Shown here: positions 23,231 to 35,094 of the stretch, piece by piece
Layout: each line of letters opens with the position of its first letter
Position numbering within the stretch: the first letter of the stretch is position 1
Origin: Eukaryota sp. TZLM1-RC
Lineage: Eukaryota > Protista > Metamonada: BaSk clade
Assembly: GCA_040285825.1 (NCBI GenBank)
Contig: JAUPSS010000014.1
Coordinates: 190,337-254,336, forward strand
Direction of reading: 5' to 3'
DNA: 64,000 nt
The notes under the pieces: model-generated
What the model was told of the DNA's origin: nothing
The model's input: only the letters and a program-made list of their open reading frames with translations
The model's database searches: none
Program-made: the position numbers and the translations under genes

Positions 23231-23325
23231 CAGTGTTTAAAATCCCAACCACCCGGGTGGCCCCTGGTGTACTGAGTGTTTCACTGAGTGAAAGTGTTGA
23301 AACACCTCATTGATTTTAAACACTG
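23231..23325. mobile_element. 95-bp MITE-like element
   Basis: Perfect 14-bp TIR CAGTGTTTAAAATC / GATTTTAAACACTG. No TSD retained. Confidence 0.7.
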
Positions 23326-23729
23326 ATTGGATGCAAACCTCAAGATACAATCAATTATTCATTTAAATAGTGTTCTTGATTTGAAATTGTTTTTACTATT
23401 TCAACCAAAGACGATACTTTGACATTTGTTATTCGGAAAACCACATTGAAATCTATTGTCAAGAAGTTGGTCCAAAGATTGAGAATGAACACAGTTTTAT
23501 TACCTTGAATTGTTTCCTTTACATTAAGTGAAAAACGTTGAGAAATCCATTCAAATATTTGAGAAGAGGTAGCGCAAATACAAATGTTACTGAGTGAAAT
23601 AATCAAAATAAATAAATAACTCATAGGTAATAATGACCAATGGGCACAAAATTGAACACAATGAGGTTTGTTGAGCTGCTTCAAATAATCAGGATTCAAA
23701 ATAATTGGTTGAAAATAGTTACGACCATT

Positions 23730-24600
23730 GAAGGGTTAACAATATACTAGATTGAGGTCTTTCATTGCAAATGCCATTGAAACAAACTTAGAAGTTAATA
23801 TTCAAATGTTATATCATCAGTACATTGAAAAAAATGTAAATTTGAAATTTGAATAAATCGAAGTTGAAGAAGAAATGACCCAAAAAGAAGTTTGTTTTTC
23901 GTTGGAGTTTACGACAAACAAATTGAAATTTTTACCAATGTCTGCTGATGAAATACTGAATGATTTGGATGCAAAAAGTTTGAACCTATCAAACAAATTT
24001 GTTGTTTCCAATAACACTCATAACTTATTACAATTTGAAGATTGGTTGAACTAATTTTGTCCTAATTAGAACTTTTTAATTATAATCTACTGTTATTAAT
24101 TTTTCAAAATAAGAGGAGCAACCTATTTGAGTCAATTTATTACTGTTTACTTTAAAAAAACATCATTTATGAAAGCTTCGATCAAAATTATTAATTTTAT
24201 AAAAGAAGCTGAATGAATAATGTTGTGTACAATTCCAATTGTCAAACATGAGACGTCTGGATTTTTTTGAAGTTGATAGCCAAAAACACTGGGTTTTTTT
24301 GCCCTTTCCTTAGAGATGATGAAATTAATAAGAATAAAGATTATTTAAGAGTGGAATACAATGACTGACACCCAAGTCTGATGGTTCTGCAGCCTGCATT
24401 GAGCTTGTAAGAGAGAATTGTATTAGCATGTCATTCAAGCCTGATAGTGCAAAGTTTGCATCCACTGAGAACTATTTGGATGATTTGGACGTTGAATTTC
24501 TATCATCAAAACACAAAGTACATATTGACCCTGGTAAAAGTGATTTACTTTATTTTTGTAGTAAAAAAGATTCAAACTTAATGCAAAAGACCAACTAAAA
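23730..24600 (+). pseudogene. Highly decayed Fanzor1-like relic (copy B)
   Basis: Reads NAIETNLEVNIQMLYHQYIEKNVN, then ENYLDDL..KVHIDPGKSDLLYFC (D at 24527), matching the RuvC-I segment DPGKSDLLYF of copy C. Confidence 0.65.
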
Positions 24601-24703
24601 AGAGATAAACTATAATTAACATCCTGATACCTGACAAATTATTCATTTTTGATATCCTGATCTGGGAAACCCTTCGTTAGTAAATTCTTCAACATTGGCT
24701 GTA

Positions 24704-25495
24704 ATGCGTCGCAAAAAGCAACGGAACTTTACTCCTTCTGCTCCTAGCTTAGATGAAATTGCTTCATCTGAACAGGAAGTAGACATTTCTGAGCTTGTGA
24801 ATGAATTCAAAGAAAGTGGAATAGATGAAACATTGATACGGGATTTATATGAAACTCTAGGAACTAACAAGGAGCTTGTACGTGCAGAAATACGAGCAAA
24901 TCTGGAATACCAAAAAGAACAAGAACAAAAAACTGCCGAGATTCCATTTCAAGAAGAAACAATTGAAACAATTGAAACAATTGAAACAACTGAAACAACT
25001 GAAACCAACACGACTCCACCAGAAGACATATTCCTGGAAAAGAGCAAACAAACACAAACCAGAACGATCCAAACTAATGAGCTAAGCACGCAGACAATAG
25101 AACCAATGGATGAGACTGACATCCTCAACAGTGTCAATGACAGCGATATATTAGAAATTGAAGAACCTCTCAAACTTTTAACAGTAAGGACCCAAATAAC
25201 ATCACTACTACATGAACTACCCAGCATGTCCATATGCTCAACTTTGCTACATGATGTTTTAAAGCAAATCAACCAAAAACTTGACAAAATGGTTCGTGCA
25301 ACAGTGAGTCTATGTAGTGATGTAGATGTTAATGAAGTGGTACCATTTCTTCAGCACAAACGTAATCCTCGTGCAGAGTTGTTGGTCTTGGACTATTCTA
25401 AAACAGATTCCAGAAATTCACTGTTGAAAGCTATCAAATCAAGATTCAAGTACCATGAGCATTGTTTATCAAAGAAGATTTACGTGTTGGTTTGA
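24704..25495 (+). CDS. Hypothetical protein, possible CUE-like helical region, E-T-I/T repeat
   Basis: Open 263-codon frame from the ATG at 24704; 9-bp GAAACAATT/ACT repeats at about 24956-25005. Confidence 0.6.
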   Translation: MRRKKQRNFTPSAPSLDEIASSEQEVDISELVNEFKESGIDETLIRDLYETLGTNKELVRAEIRANLEYQKEQEQKTAEIPFQEETIETIETIETTETTETNTTPPEDIFLEKSKQTQTRTIQTNELSTQTIEPMDETDILNSVNDSDILEIEEPLKLLTVRTQITSLLHELPSMSICSTLLHDVLKQINQKLDKMVRATVSLCSDVDVNEVVPFLQHKRNPRAELLVLDYSKTDSRNSLLKAIKSRFKYHEHCLSKKIYVLV

Positions 25496-25699
25496 AGTAT
25501 CGCGTTGAAGCTAGGTCAGATAGCTGCATTGTGATGTTTAATGAGATAGTTTTGGTTGAAATAAATTAAGCACCTTATTCCAGTGTTTGTAATGGACACG
25601 TGTTGACACGGGACACTGCTCCACACGTGTTGAAAAACCGTGTTCCCATCCCAACAAAATATTTTTTGGAATAGGGGTATGAGAATAAGGCTTATTCTC

Positions 25700-25927
25700 A
25701 TGCCTGTATCCCATATATCCTACTATTTTCAACATAGTACAACGTTTACTGAAATGAATCAAAGACTTGTGAATTGCTGTACAGAACAGTAATGGACCAA
25801 GAAAATCATTTTGCTTAACTCCAGTAGATGAAAATAGAGTATAAGGTTCATTTAGTTCACTTGCTTTGCCATAAGATAAATTCAAATGGTTGAATAATTG
25901 TGGAAATTCTTTTTGAATAACCAACAT
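25700..25927 (-). mobile_element. Non-LTR reverse transcriptase fragment
   Basis: STGVKQNDFLGPLLFC..GYMG. Confidence 0.8.
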
Positions 25928-26089
25928 TACATTGTTGTTATTAAAGAAACTTCTGAAATAAACTGTGGTTTATTTAAATCAACATGATTTATCTAAGTGT
26001 AATATTTTGAATTGTTTTGTGAATTTGCATTTTGAAATTGGTAGTAATATTTTTATTTAAATTTTTATTGAAGCAAAAATTAGCTAAAA

Positions 26090-27350
26090 TTCGATATCCT
26101 TCAACCCATCATTACTATTACTGAACCTACTCATAGCATTTCTTTTAAATTCCACTCTAATAGCTACAGTAGCTTTAGAAATCATTGTTGGAATTGCCTT
26201 AAAAATGCAAAAACAATTTTATTAAACCAAAACGAAAAGTTCTTTTTTTCGAGATCTATTTTGCAAAACTGTTGCAAAACATGTTCGACTCTACCTAAGT
26301 TTGCCAATGGTTCTTCATGTTATTTATCTTTTTTTCAGCATAGGATGATCGCGACTCAGCAAAATACACCAAACGACCGGCAGAATATTTCACAGACATC
26401 GACTGAAACTACATCAACGACATTGAGAACACCATCGAGTCCTGGAGCTAGTGAATCTGCTCTTCATTTACTGCATAAGTCATCAGTTTCATCTGCAGAG
26501 AGCTTACGAACTAATGGTTCAAAAAAAGATTCAATGTGGAAGCTTTTACACGTCGCATATAATTGATCACGAACTGAATCATGCACAATTGAGCGACACG
26601 TGATAAAATATTTGCACTTGAAAATATGGGAAAGCATAACCACATTCTTACAGCGACAAATTAAATCATTTGGTAACGAACAAAACCATCAGAAACATTT
26701 CATTCTTCAAGCAATAATCCACTGATGATCAGAGAGTAGCAGACCATAAACACTAGGCGTTTGAAAAATAAGATAACTTGAGCTGCTACTTTTCAGATCA
26801 ATCAAGAATTTTGCAAAACCGATTTTTACCTTAGTCAAGCTAAGACGTACATGATAACCAAAGTTTTCTGAAACATTCAAGATTTCTTCAGGCAATTTGC
26901 AAAATCTCAATGGCAAAGAGATCAAGCATCTTGGAGGTAGTTACATTGTCGGAGGGAAAACATTGGGACCAATTATTTCATGAATGAGATCCGATGCCTG
27001 CTTTAAATCAATAAGATAAGAGCTGCAACAATTCTCAATGAGATCAATTTGGATTTGAAAACGATTCAAAAATTCAAAAATTATTTTTTATCACCTCCAA
27101 TAAAAGCAGCTTTACAAAGGTAGCTTGACTTGTGAAAATCAACACCACTAATAGTGGTACCACAAAAAAATGTAATTTCGTATTTGAGATGGCTCAATTT
27201 CCAATTATTGGGCTAAAAACGGATACGTGTTTGCTATAAATTCAAAATAAATTTAGAAATAATTTATCCAACTTTCAATTCTAAACTTTGTATTAAAAGT
27301 ATTTGAATGGTAATTCAATCAATTGAGCAATCAGTTCCTTGTCATCAAAA
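26090..27350 (-). mobile_element. Degenerate non-LTR retrotransposon, 3' part
   Basis: YGLLLSDHQW, CRC..HIFKC, HDSVRDQ and DGVLNVVDV; same family as 62032-63126. Confidence 0.85.
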
Positions 27351-28145
27351 TATATAAAAGAGAGTTTATCAACCCGCTTAAACCAGGGTGAAAAACAAGC
27401 ACAAACAAAGGGAATTGCACGGGGACTGAACTGATGTTGTTTCCCCTTGCTCTATTAAAACATTGAAAGATCAGTTTTTTGTGTTGCTTGGATTTTTTCC
27501 GTCTTGTAGTAAAAGAACAATCTCAGTATTTAAATTTATTCACAACGGAAACACATTAGTGGAATTGATGATAAGTTCAGTTCCATAATAGCACCAAAAT
27601 AATTGTTCTACATCTTTGTGGCTTAACCTAAACTTTAGTTCATGGAAATGGGGTATACAAGAATTAATAAATACATGATTATGATTTTTATCCAATAAAT
27701 ATACAAACAAAATATTTAATCACTACTGAACTAACTGAATAACTCCAAAATGTGTTGTCAATGACAGTCTTTGACTAGGAGTCAACATATGTTTAGCTTG
27801 ACTAAATACATAGCTTTAGATTGAGGAATTTTAGTTTTTCTATAGTTCCCAGAGTATAACAATGGATGCTAATAAACATTTGAGTTTCAATCACTCACCT
27901 CTGGTGTATTGGTAGAGAGAAGGAATAATTTCATCTGCCATTATGAATTTCGTAGACATTTTATCGCTTTTCTAATTGGGTGGTTTGTATTTGAATCATA
28001 AGTTTGTTATTGGTTTTAATTTGGGGTGTAAATGGTTTTTCGTAATTGAATCAGTTTTGATTTTGATTGGTTTTAAAAAACAGTGGAGATCCAATCATTT
28101 GGTCAACAACGAAATTTTTTGAAGTCAATCTTTGATCTTACAAAA

Positions 28146-29720
28146 ATGCATTTGCTTATATTGGTGGTAAGCATTTCTTGCGTTTACACATTCACTGATG
28201 TTCAAACACATACACATACATATCAAAGAGGCCAGGAGATCCTCAGCAAACTCAAATCTTACTCGTTATCATCACCTTGCTTCCTTGATGTTCTACAAAA
28301 TCAACTACCTTCTGCATGCTCTAATACTGATGAAGACCGTACCCGTCTTGCTATATCTCTTACTCAATGTCACTTGGCTAAATCTGGTATCCCTATGGAT
28401 CCATGCCTACCTGACATTCCCCTTAGTGAATGCACTACTAAGTTGGCCACCTCACAGGTCATTTTCCAAACCTACACATCCTTCTACCTTGAAACCCAAA
28501 CCCTTTGTATATACGTGCAGTCTGATCTTTTACAATCTCAAACCAGAACCACCATTCAATCACTCTTTGATTCTCTTTCCCTCACTTCACATGCTCTAAC
28601 GGAGACCTCCCAACAGTTCTCAGACCTACAATCCACAGTCACTTCAACTCTTGATCTTGCCAGCTCTATCTCAGAAGTTTTGGATCAAGGGTTGGAGGAG
28701 GCAAGGAATGAAAGAGAAGGAATAGTAAATGGATTACGAGATGCAAGGGTTGATTTAGCTGATTTGATGGGGAATCAATCAAATGTGATTAAGGGGTTGA
28801 TTGGTCACGTCATTGACAATACGGTCAAATTACAGCGAGAATATGAAGGACTTTCCTCTGACTTTCAAAGACTCAGAGCTGAACAAGAGTTGGCAACTGA
28901 GTCTTTATCTTTTTTGATTGATAAAACCAATCAGCTCACCACAGGGTTGAGCTCTATTATTGAAAATTTGGGTAAAATCGACAATACCATTTCCTCGCTA
29001 TACAGTTTAACCTCCAATATTTCTAACAAAATAGATGGAATTTCTTCACTAATTTTTTATTGTGGAATTATTTCTCTTTTTTGTTTGATTTTCTCTCTTT
29101 GTTCAAATCATAAAATTCTTAAATTGATTTATATTTCTGTGTTTTGTTTTTCTCTTTTTGAAAGGATTTTGGTATTGTCTTTAGGCTCTGTTTTCCCTAA
29201 TGTTGTGCCTTTAATTAGGAAAATTTGTTTTATTGTAAGTTTTTCCATTTGGATTTTTGGACCCTTTATTCTGAAAATTTTGCAAAAATTTGGGCACGAA
29301 CGGAACTTTTTGTCAGATCAGTTCAATAATAGTATCAACGTTGGACTGTGTTTACGAAGATCAGATCTGAATAGAGCTCAGGACAAGATCAGGCAAAATT
29401 TTCATCAAAAATTTCCAAATATCTGGGTAAATTTTTCTAGCTTTTCTAACTCAAATATTTGCTTTTCTGATCTTTCCAAATCTGATGTTATTGTTGTTGA
29501 TTCAGCACATTTTAATTTTAATTCTTTTGAAACAAAGATTAAATCATTAGGATTTGTAGGGTTAGTTTTTATTAATAATTGTTTTGAATTGAATAATAAT
29601 GATTTAGTTTCAAGGACAGTTTATGATAATTGTAGAATTGTTGAGTTTCCACAATCTCTTAGTGATTGCTGCTTTGCTTTGATTGTTGATAATCTTGTGT
29701 GGGCTTCTGGGAAGATTTAA
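28146..29720 (+). CDS. GEX1: GEX1/KAR5/Brambleberry family nuclear-fusion protein
   Basis: Signal peptide from the ATG at 28146; Cys-rich domain PCF..AC..RTRLAISLTQCHLAKSG..PC..EC..Y..F..LC; coiled coil; three TM helices. Confidence 0.82.
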   Translation: MHLLILVVSISCVYTFTDVQTHTHTYQRGQEILSKLKSYSLSSPCFLDVLQNQLPSACSNTDEDRTRLAISLTQCHLAKSGIPMDPCLPDIPLSECTTKLATSQVIFQTYTSFYLETQTLCIYVQSDLLQSQTRTTIQSLFDSLSLTSHALTETSQQFSDLQSTVTSTLDLASSISEVLDQGLEEARNEREGIVNGLRDARVDLADLMGNQSNVIKGLIGHVIDNTVKLQREYEGLSSDFQRLRAEQELATESLSFLIDKTNQLTTGLSSIIENLGKIDNTISSLYSLTSNISNKIDGISSLIFYCGIISLFCLIFSLCSNHKILKLIYISVFCFSLFERILVLSLGSVFPNVVPLIRKICFIVSFSIWIFGPFILKILQKFGHERNFLSDQFNNSINVGLCLRRSDLNRAQDKIRQNFHQKFPNIWVNFSSFSNSNICFSDLSKSDVIVVDSAHFNFNSFETKIKSLGFVGLVFINNCFELNNNDLVSRTVYDNCRIVEFPQSLSDCCFALIVDNLVWASGKI

Positions 29721-29887
29721 TCAGCAAAGTTTTTGTTTTGTAAAATATTGCTTCATCTTTTTCAGCTTTTCCTGGAAAAAACGATTGTAATCCAATTAGT
29801 TAGTTTTTTCGAACTATTGGAAAAATCAGTAAATCAATTTTAATTAAAAAAACAATAAATAATCTTTACAAAAAAATATAAATGAAA

Positions 29888-31206
29888 CTAAATATAACAC
29901 TTATAGAATTCTACCATAGAAACATGTCTAATTGCACACAAATGTCGAACTAAACACTTTGGAGTTATGTCAAACTCTACGTGAACAGTATTCTGCTTGA
30001 TATAGTTGAGTAACATTGCTTTGTCATTGGCAAGGTTATTATATGCCTTCAACATACTCGATGCAGACAAGTCTTTCACCTTGAAAAACTCAGTCGCTTT
30101 ATAATCCAACTTCCATTCATCTTTCCCTTTAATGTTAGCTTCTGTTATATTAAGATAATACTGGTAATAATCAAGTACTTCACCTGAATCCTGGTCATAT
30201 ACATACTTCCTGAAAGCAGGCAAGTTACCAGGATAACTCAAGGCCTCCGTGGGACCATCACCAACAGGTACCAATGCAGGAGAAATGAACAAAGGAGCTG
30301 AAACTTTATCATTTGAATAGTCCCAAAGTAACCTCAATGCAGAAGAATGTTCATGTCCAGCAAACATTGCAATAATTCGATCATTTTCAAGACCAAAAGC
30401 CAGTGAATCTAAAAATTTGCTATTAAACTGCGGCTGCATGTTAGGTAACGTCGCAGCAAAGGTTTCCAAAGGACCAGGAGGAACATGGACATAAACCAAT
30501 GCTCTTCTCCCAGTATCAACCAGCCTCTGCATTTCACTTCTTATCCACTTGAATGCCTTCCTTGGATCAGGATTGGGGACTGTTTCGGCGTTCATGGTGA
30601 AGTAGAAGTTGGTGTTCAACACAAGAATGGTTAGATGATCATTCAGGTCTTTTCTAAAGAACCCTCCATGTAGATAATTATCATGTTGGTCCTTCGGGAT
30701 CCATTGATGCCACATTTCAAAAGTGTACTCATAAATGTATTGGGTCAGGAAACTGAATTGATGCGATGGTTTTATGTCGTGATTACCTCTGAGGTGAGGA
30801 TTGATGGAATGGTGACATACAAGAGAGGAATGACAGGGGTCGATTTGAAGTTGTCTTGTAAAATAGTGGTGAAATTTCGTAGAATGCTGCGTAAAAGGTT
30901 CTTACTCCAATCGAGATGCTTGAGAGCAGAGGCTTGAGGAGCAACATCACCTAAAAAAGCAACCCAATCAGGATTGGGGGACACTTTTTTCATGTGAGCA
31001 AGAGCTGAATTCAGTAGTGCAGGTGGTGTGCAGCATTCATGAGAGCCATATTTTCCAGCATTTCCACTACCTGATAAGCAGGCTTTGGCCTCGGAAGATC
31101 CGATCTTATATTTCCAAAGATAATGAACGTCATTGAGCACAAGAAACTCCCCAATGTTGGTTGCAAGGACGCTTGTGAGCAACAGTAGTAGAAGAAGGTT
31201 CCTCAT
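29888..31206 (-). CDS. Secreted acid sphingomyelinase-like phosphodiesterase (SMPDL3-like); join(30821-31206, 29888-30788)
   Basis: Signal peptide; DVH, GD, HVPP, GHEH and P..R.Y motifs. GNHD is created by removing a 32-nt intron at 30789-30820. Confidence 0.92.
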
Positions 31207-31239
31207 AGTATTGAATATATAAAATTCGTTTTATTAAGT

Positions 31240-31960
31240 TTGAAATATTTTCTACGCAATTACAAAACAAAACAAAACAAATTAAAAAACATAAGAAACA
31301 AAATTCTCCACATCAACTCTTGGAGAATCCTTGTAAAGCCAAAACATCATTAAATTTGAATACTTGGGAACACTTCTATACAAAGCAAAAATGACACGAT
31401 TCTTCCATAAATACCCAGCAAAATTCTTACCATATGAAACACAAAGAATATCAAAATTATTGAGAAAAATTCAAACCAAACTGACCAATATTACCAAAAA
31501 TCGAGAAGGCAAAGGGAACAAAAAAAACTTCGAGTAAAAATTCTTGTTTAAATCATTCAATAACTCATCATATTTGTCTCGTTTACGAACCTCAGCGTTG
31601 TCCAATTGGCCATTAGAACTAACTAAGACATCATCACGATAAATTGAAGCAAAGGGATCAACAGTAGTAAAATCAATAACAACTTGAGAGGAATCCACAA
31701 AAGGAGTAATTAAATCACCATGACTAGAATCAAACAAATTATTATCGCTATAATGCTTCTACAAGGGTTCTACTTTGCAACTAAAATTGTGACACTTAAA
31801 CATCTCATATGTCACATCACGAACGGCATTACGAAGAACTGAGCGATATTGAAGAAATTTCTTACAAATTACAATATGACGGAAAATGACAGTCGGTTTT
31901 TCGTTGCAAATACAAGTAGAATTTTTCAAAAGTCCACTTGGATACAACAATTAGATACAA
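31240..31960 (-). mobile_element. Non-LTR retrotransposon 3' fragment
   Basis: CIC..HIVIC, RNAVRD, HGD..IDF, AEVRKRDKY and LWKNR motifs; 3' UTR with (TTTTG)n. Confidence 0.85.
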
Positions 31961-32682
31961 TTATGTTTTATTAATAAAACAATTTTTCCTATTAACAATG
32001 AACATGAAATACTGAGCATGCAACATTTTCAAACCAATGCCCATGGTGTGTTTCTATCATTCTACTAAATCAGACAACCATATACGAGCTTCTCTAGCTG
32101 AAAAGTTGCGGCACGAGTAATTGAGAGCCTGGAATGCCAATTCTTTACAGATGGTTTTCATTTTAGACTTTGGAATGAGTAACCTTTTCATGAAATGTAG
32201 CTATTAGCAACTATTCCTCTCGCTGAAACTTCAACAAGAAATCTTTTATTTATTTATATTTAACACCAATCAATTTTTGATTGTGATGACGAAATTTGAT
32301 CTTTAGTGTAGAAATGGGAAGAAACAATCATTTGATTTTGAATCTTCAATCAAATGGACATACACGACGCCTTATTTCATTATTTATCACCATTACGTAT
32401 TAATAATAATAATTCATTTAAACTGTTAGGGACATCATTGTTTTCTAATAATTTGTTATTGATTTAAATTTAGTTATTATATCCATTCAATTCAACGACA
32501 ATTATTCATTTCTCTTAATTTTAATTTGAAGAGTAAAAATTGAGTTGAATAACTAAAAGTAATTGTTCTATATATTGGTGATAAATGCAGTGCACTATAA
32601 ACAAATTTATTAAAATAATAACTTTACTTCAAAAGAAGAAAGAAAGCAACAAAACAGTAAAAAAAGAATAAATCGAATAAAA

Positions 32683-34107
32683 CTACATAATGAACTCCTC
32701 AAAATGAATTTGAGACTTGAACAATCCTTTCTTCTTGGCCACACCAAAAACAGTCTTCATCAATCCTTTAGGACCACACAAATAAATATCATCACTTTTA
32801 TCAATTTTATTACCCAAAACTTCATTGGAAATTCTGCCTATGAAAGACACAGTCCTGACTGCTTCAGGAGCATCAGAAATAGATAGAGTAGGGTCGGAGA
32901 AAAATAAACATAGATCAAAGTGGATTTGGTTGTTTTTGAAGGCTTCAATTGTTTCTCTTATAGTTGTAAAATCGCTGAAATTCCTAAACGAAAAGATTAT
33001 TTTGATATATGGAATTGGAATACCCTTCTGATGACATTCCAACAGAAAAGACAACAAAGACAATTGTGGAGCGAGACCACAGCCACCAGAAATTAATAAA
33101 ACTGATTGGCAAGCTAGAACAGAATGACAAAACTTTCCGTAAAAACCGTCAAGTCTAATTTCATCACCCTCCTTCCAACCTCTTGCACTCCTTCCCAATC
33201 TACTATTACCGCTGATCAGTAGTTCGTGGTTAAACGCACCAGGAGGAGATGCGATGGAGAGGGGGTGGGGAGTTTTGAATCTGGGATGGGTTAGTACAGC
33301 AAATGAAGAAGGAGTTTGATTGATGTTGGTCAAGTCTTGGGGAATCAAAACAACTCTGGTGAATCGATCAGATATGACGTCAACTTTTGATACTTTAAAG
33401 ACTTTTCTTGACTCTTTGAACAGGGAAGAAATCCGTGATAATAAAGGAACAACCAAGATGGAGATTGCTAGAACAAACAACACAAATCTTGAGTTACTTG
33501 ATAGGGCAGATTCCTTAATGTGGGACAAACAGAGCAGGAAGCAAATGTAGAACAAACAGTGAAGCGGTCTCCAAACCCAATAAGGTATTATGGAACACCT
33601 GGCATTGAACGATGGTGGAAGCTTGCGGAGGTAGGTCAGGATAGTGAGGGTAAGCGCGCCATAGAAGGCGACTTTACCGAAAAACACTCGTTGATAAAAC
33701 TCATTTGATCGGTCCAACACAAATATGAAGTGTATAACATCGCTCAAGGACATTGAAAAGGGATAGGCTGCGGTCTTAAGATACCCATGGAGTAGAACTA
33801 GTACGAGTTCTATCAGAGGAAAGTATCTGTGAAGAAGCCACATCTTATCTAAGCCGATAAGCCTGTCAAGAGGTTTCCACCTGATACCCAGGGGTAATTG
33901 GAAGAACATCAAAAAAAGTGCAAGCCAGCCCGAGGTAGCTGCAAGACTACCATAAACACGTGATTCATAGTCATTGTCAAAATTAAAATACTCTAACAAA
34001 AGAATGGATAGAGTGGTGACGAGGAGTGCAAAGACAAGTTGATGACCAAAGGTCAAACGCCGCCTAGATCTACCAGTGTGTTTTGAAAGTAAGTGGCTAT
34101 TCTCCAT
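32683..34107 (-). CDS. Ferric reductase / NADPH-oxidase-like flavocytochrome (short, prokaryote-style)
   Basis: TM heme His pairs LLHRY..LLHG and PLHCL..LSH; FAD motif HPLSI; NAD(P)H motifs SGGCGLAP and LCGP; C-terminal EEF. Confidence 0.88.
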   Translation of the reverse strand: MENSHLLSKHTGRSRRRLTFGHQLVFALLVTTLSILLLEYFNFDNDYESRVYGSLAATSGWLALFLMFFQLPLGIRWKPLDRLIGLDKMWLLHRYFPLIELVLVLLHGYLKTAAYPFSMSLSDVIHFIFVLDRSNEFYQRVFFGKVAFYGALTLTILTYLRKLPPSFNARCSIIPYWVWRPLHCLFYICFLLCLSHIKESALSSNSRFVLFVLAISILVVPLLSRISSLFKESRKVFKVSKVDVISDRFTRVVLIPQDLTNINQTPSSFAVLTHPRFKTPHPLSIASPPGAFNHELLISGNSRLGRSARGWKEGDEIRLDGFYGKFCHSVLACQSVLLISGGCGLAPQLSLLSFLLECHQKGIPIPYIKIIFSFRNFSDFTTIRETIEAFKNNQIHFDLCLFFSDPTLSISDAPEAVRTVSFIGRISNEVLGNKIDKSDDIYLCGPKGLMKTVFGVAKKKGLFKSQIHFEEFIM

Positions 34108-34495
34108 TTATCACAGTAGTGCCAAGACAGGAGAGTAAACCGTGTTGCAAAAAGTATCAACAATAGCGTTAGCAAACGTGATAAGCATTTTCACAACCAA
34201 CATTTTGCCAAAATTGTATTGTCAGAAGCTGCTTCTTCTGTAAAAAAGGGAGAAAAGAGCTGAAATCTATGTTGCTACGAAGATCATCTGAAATCTAGTA
34301 CATTAATGAAGAAAGCACCATTTAAAAATACAACTCTGCCCCTACACCAAGGCCGATTTGGCTTCTACTCGGAATTGATAGTAATTCGATCGAGGAGACT
34401 ACATTGAATTATACTTATGTATTTCAGAAATCATGGCTGGGTATCAACGAAGATATCCACTTTGAATCATCTCATCTTCTCATTTTGTCATCAAA

Positions 34496-34876
34496 ATGCG
34501 TTCCCAATTAATAATATTATCAATATTGCCAATTCTTTGGTTATTTTCGCTTAGTGTAGGAGGATGGGTTGAATGTGATCCTGAAGATGAAGATGTACAA
34601 AATGCTGCACATATTGGGGTATCGCTGATGCCACATAAGGAAAATGAAGAATTGATTATGTCAAAAGTTCTATCTGCTAAATCCCAAGTAGTGGCAGGTA
34701 TCAATTATTTATTAGTTTTAGAAGTTAAATCAAGCTTAGGAGGCCTTGGTCAAAGGGTTATTGAGGTACATCGAACAATTGACAACAACTACCAATTTGT
34801 TGAAGAAAAGGACCTTTATTCCGGTGAATTCAACAACTGTGTTTCAGATGCTTCTATGGAATGTGGGGGGGCATAG
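34496..34876 (+). CDS. Secreted cystatin-like cysteine protease inhibitor
   Basis: Signal peptide, N-terminal GG, QVVAG motif. Confidence 0.85.
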   Translation: MRSQLIILSILPILWLFSLSVGGWVECDPEDEDVQNAAHIGVSLMPHKENEELIMSKVLSAKSQVVAGINYLLVLEVKSSLGGLGQRVIEVHRTIDNNYQFVEEKDLYSGEFNNCVSDASMECGGA

Positions 34877-35094
34877 TAGTACATCATGGTATAAACTTAT
34901 ATAGATGACTGTATAACTAGGGTTGATTTGTGACGATAAATCACAACAATATTCAACATTGTTGTGTATAAAATTGTTGAACATAATGATCATTGATCAG
35001 CTTCTTTGGAAGTAGGATTGGTAAACTCTACAGATGGCAAAACTCAAAGTTTAAGAAAACTCCATTGTAAATCAATATTCCTTATCTCTACTGT

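Noticed and set aside
34108-34203. 30-codon uORF ending TGA TAA right before the reductase ATG
   Set aside because: Could be chance; no transcript or conservation evidence.
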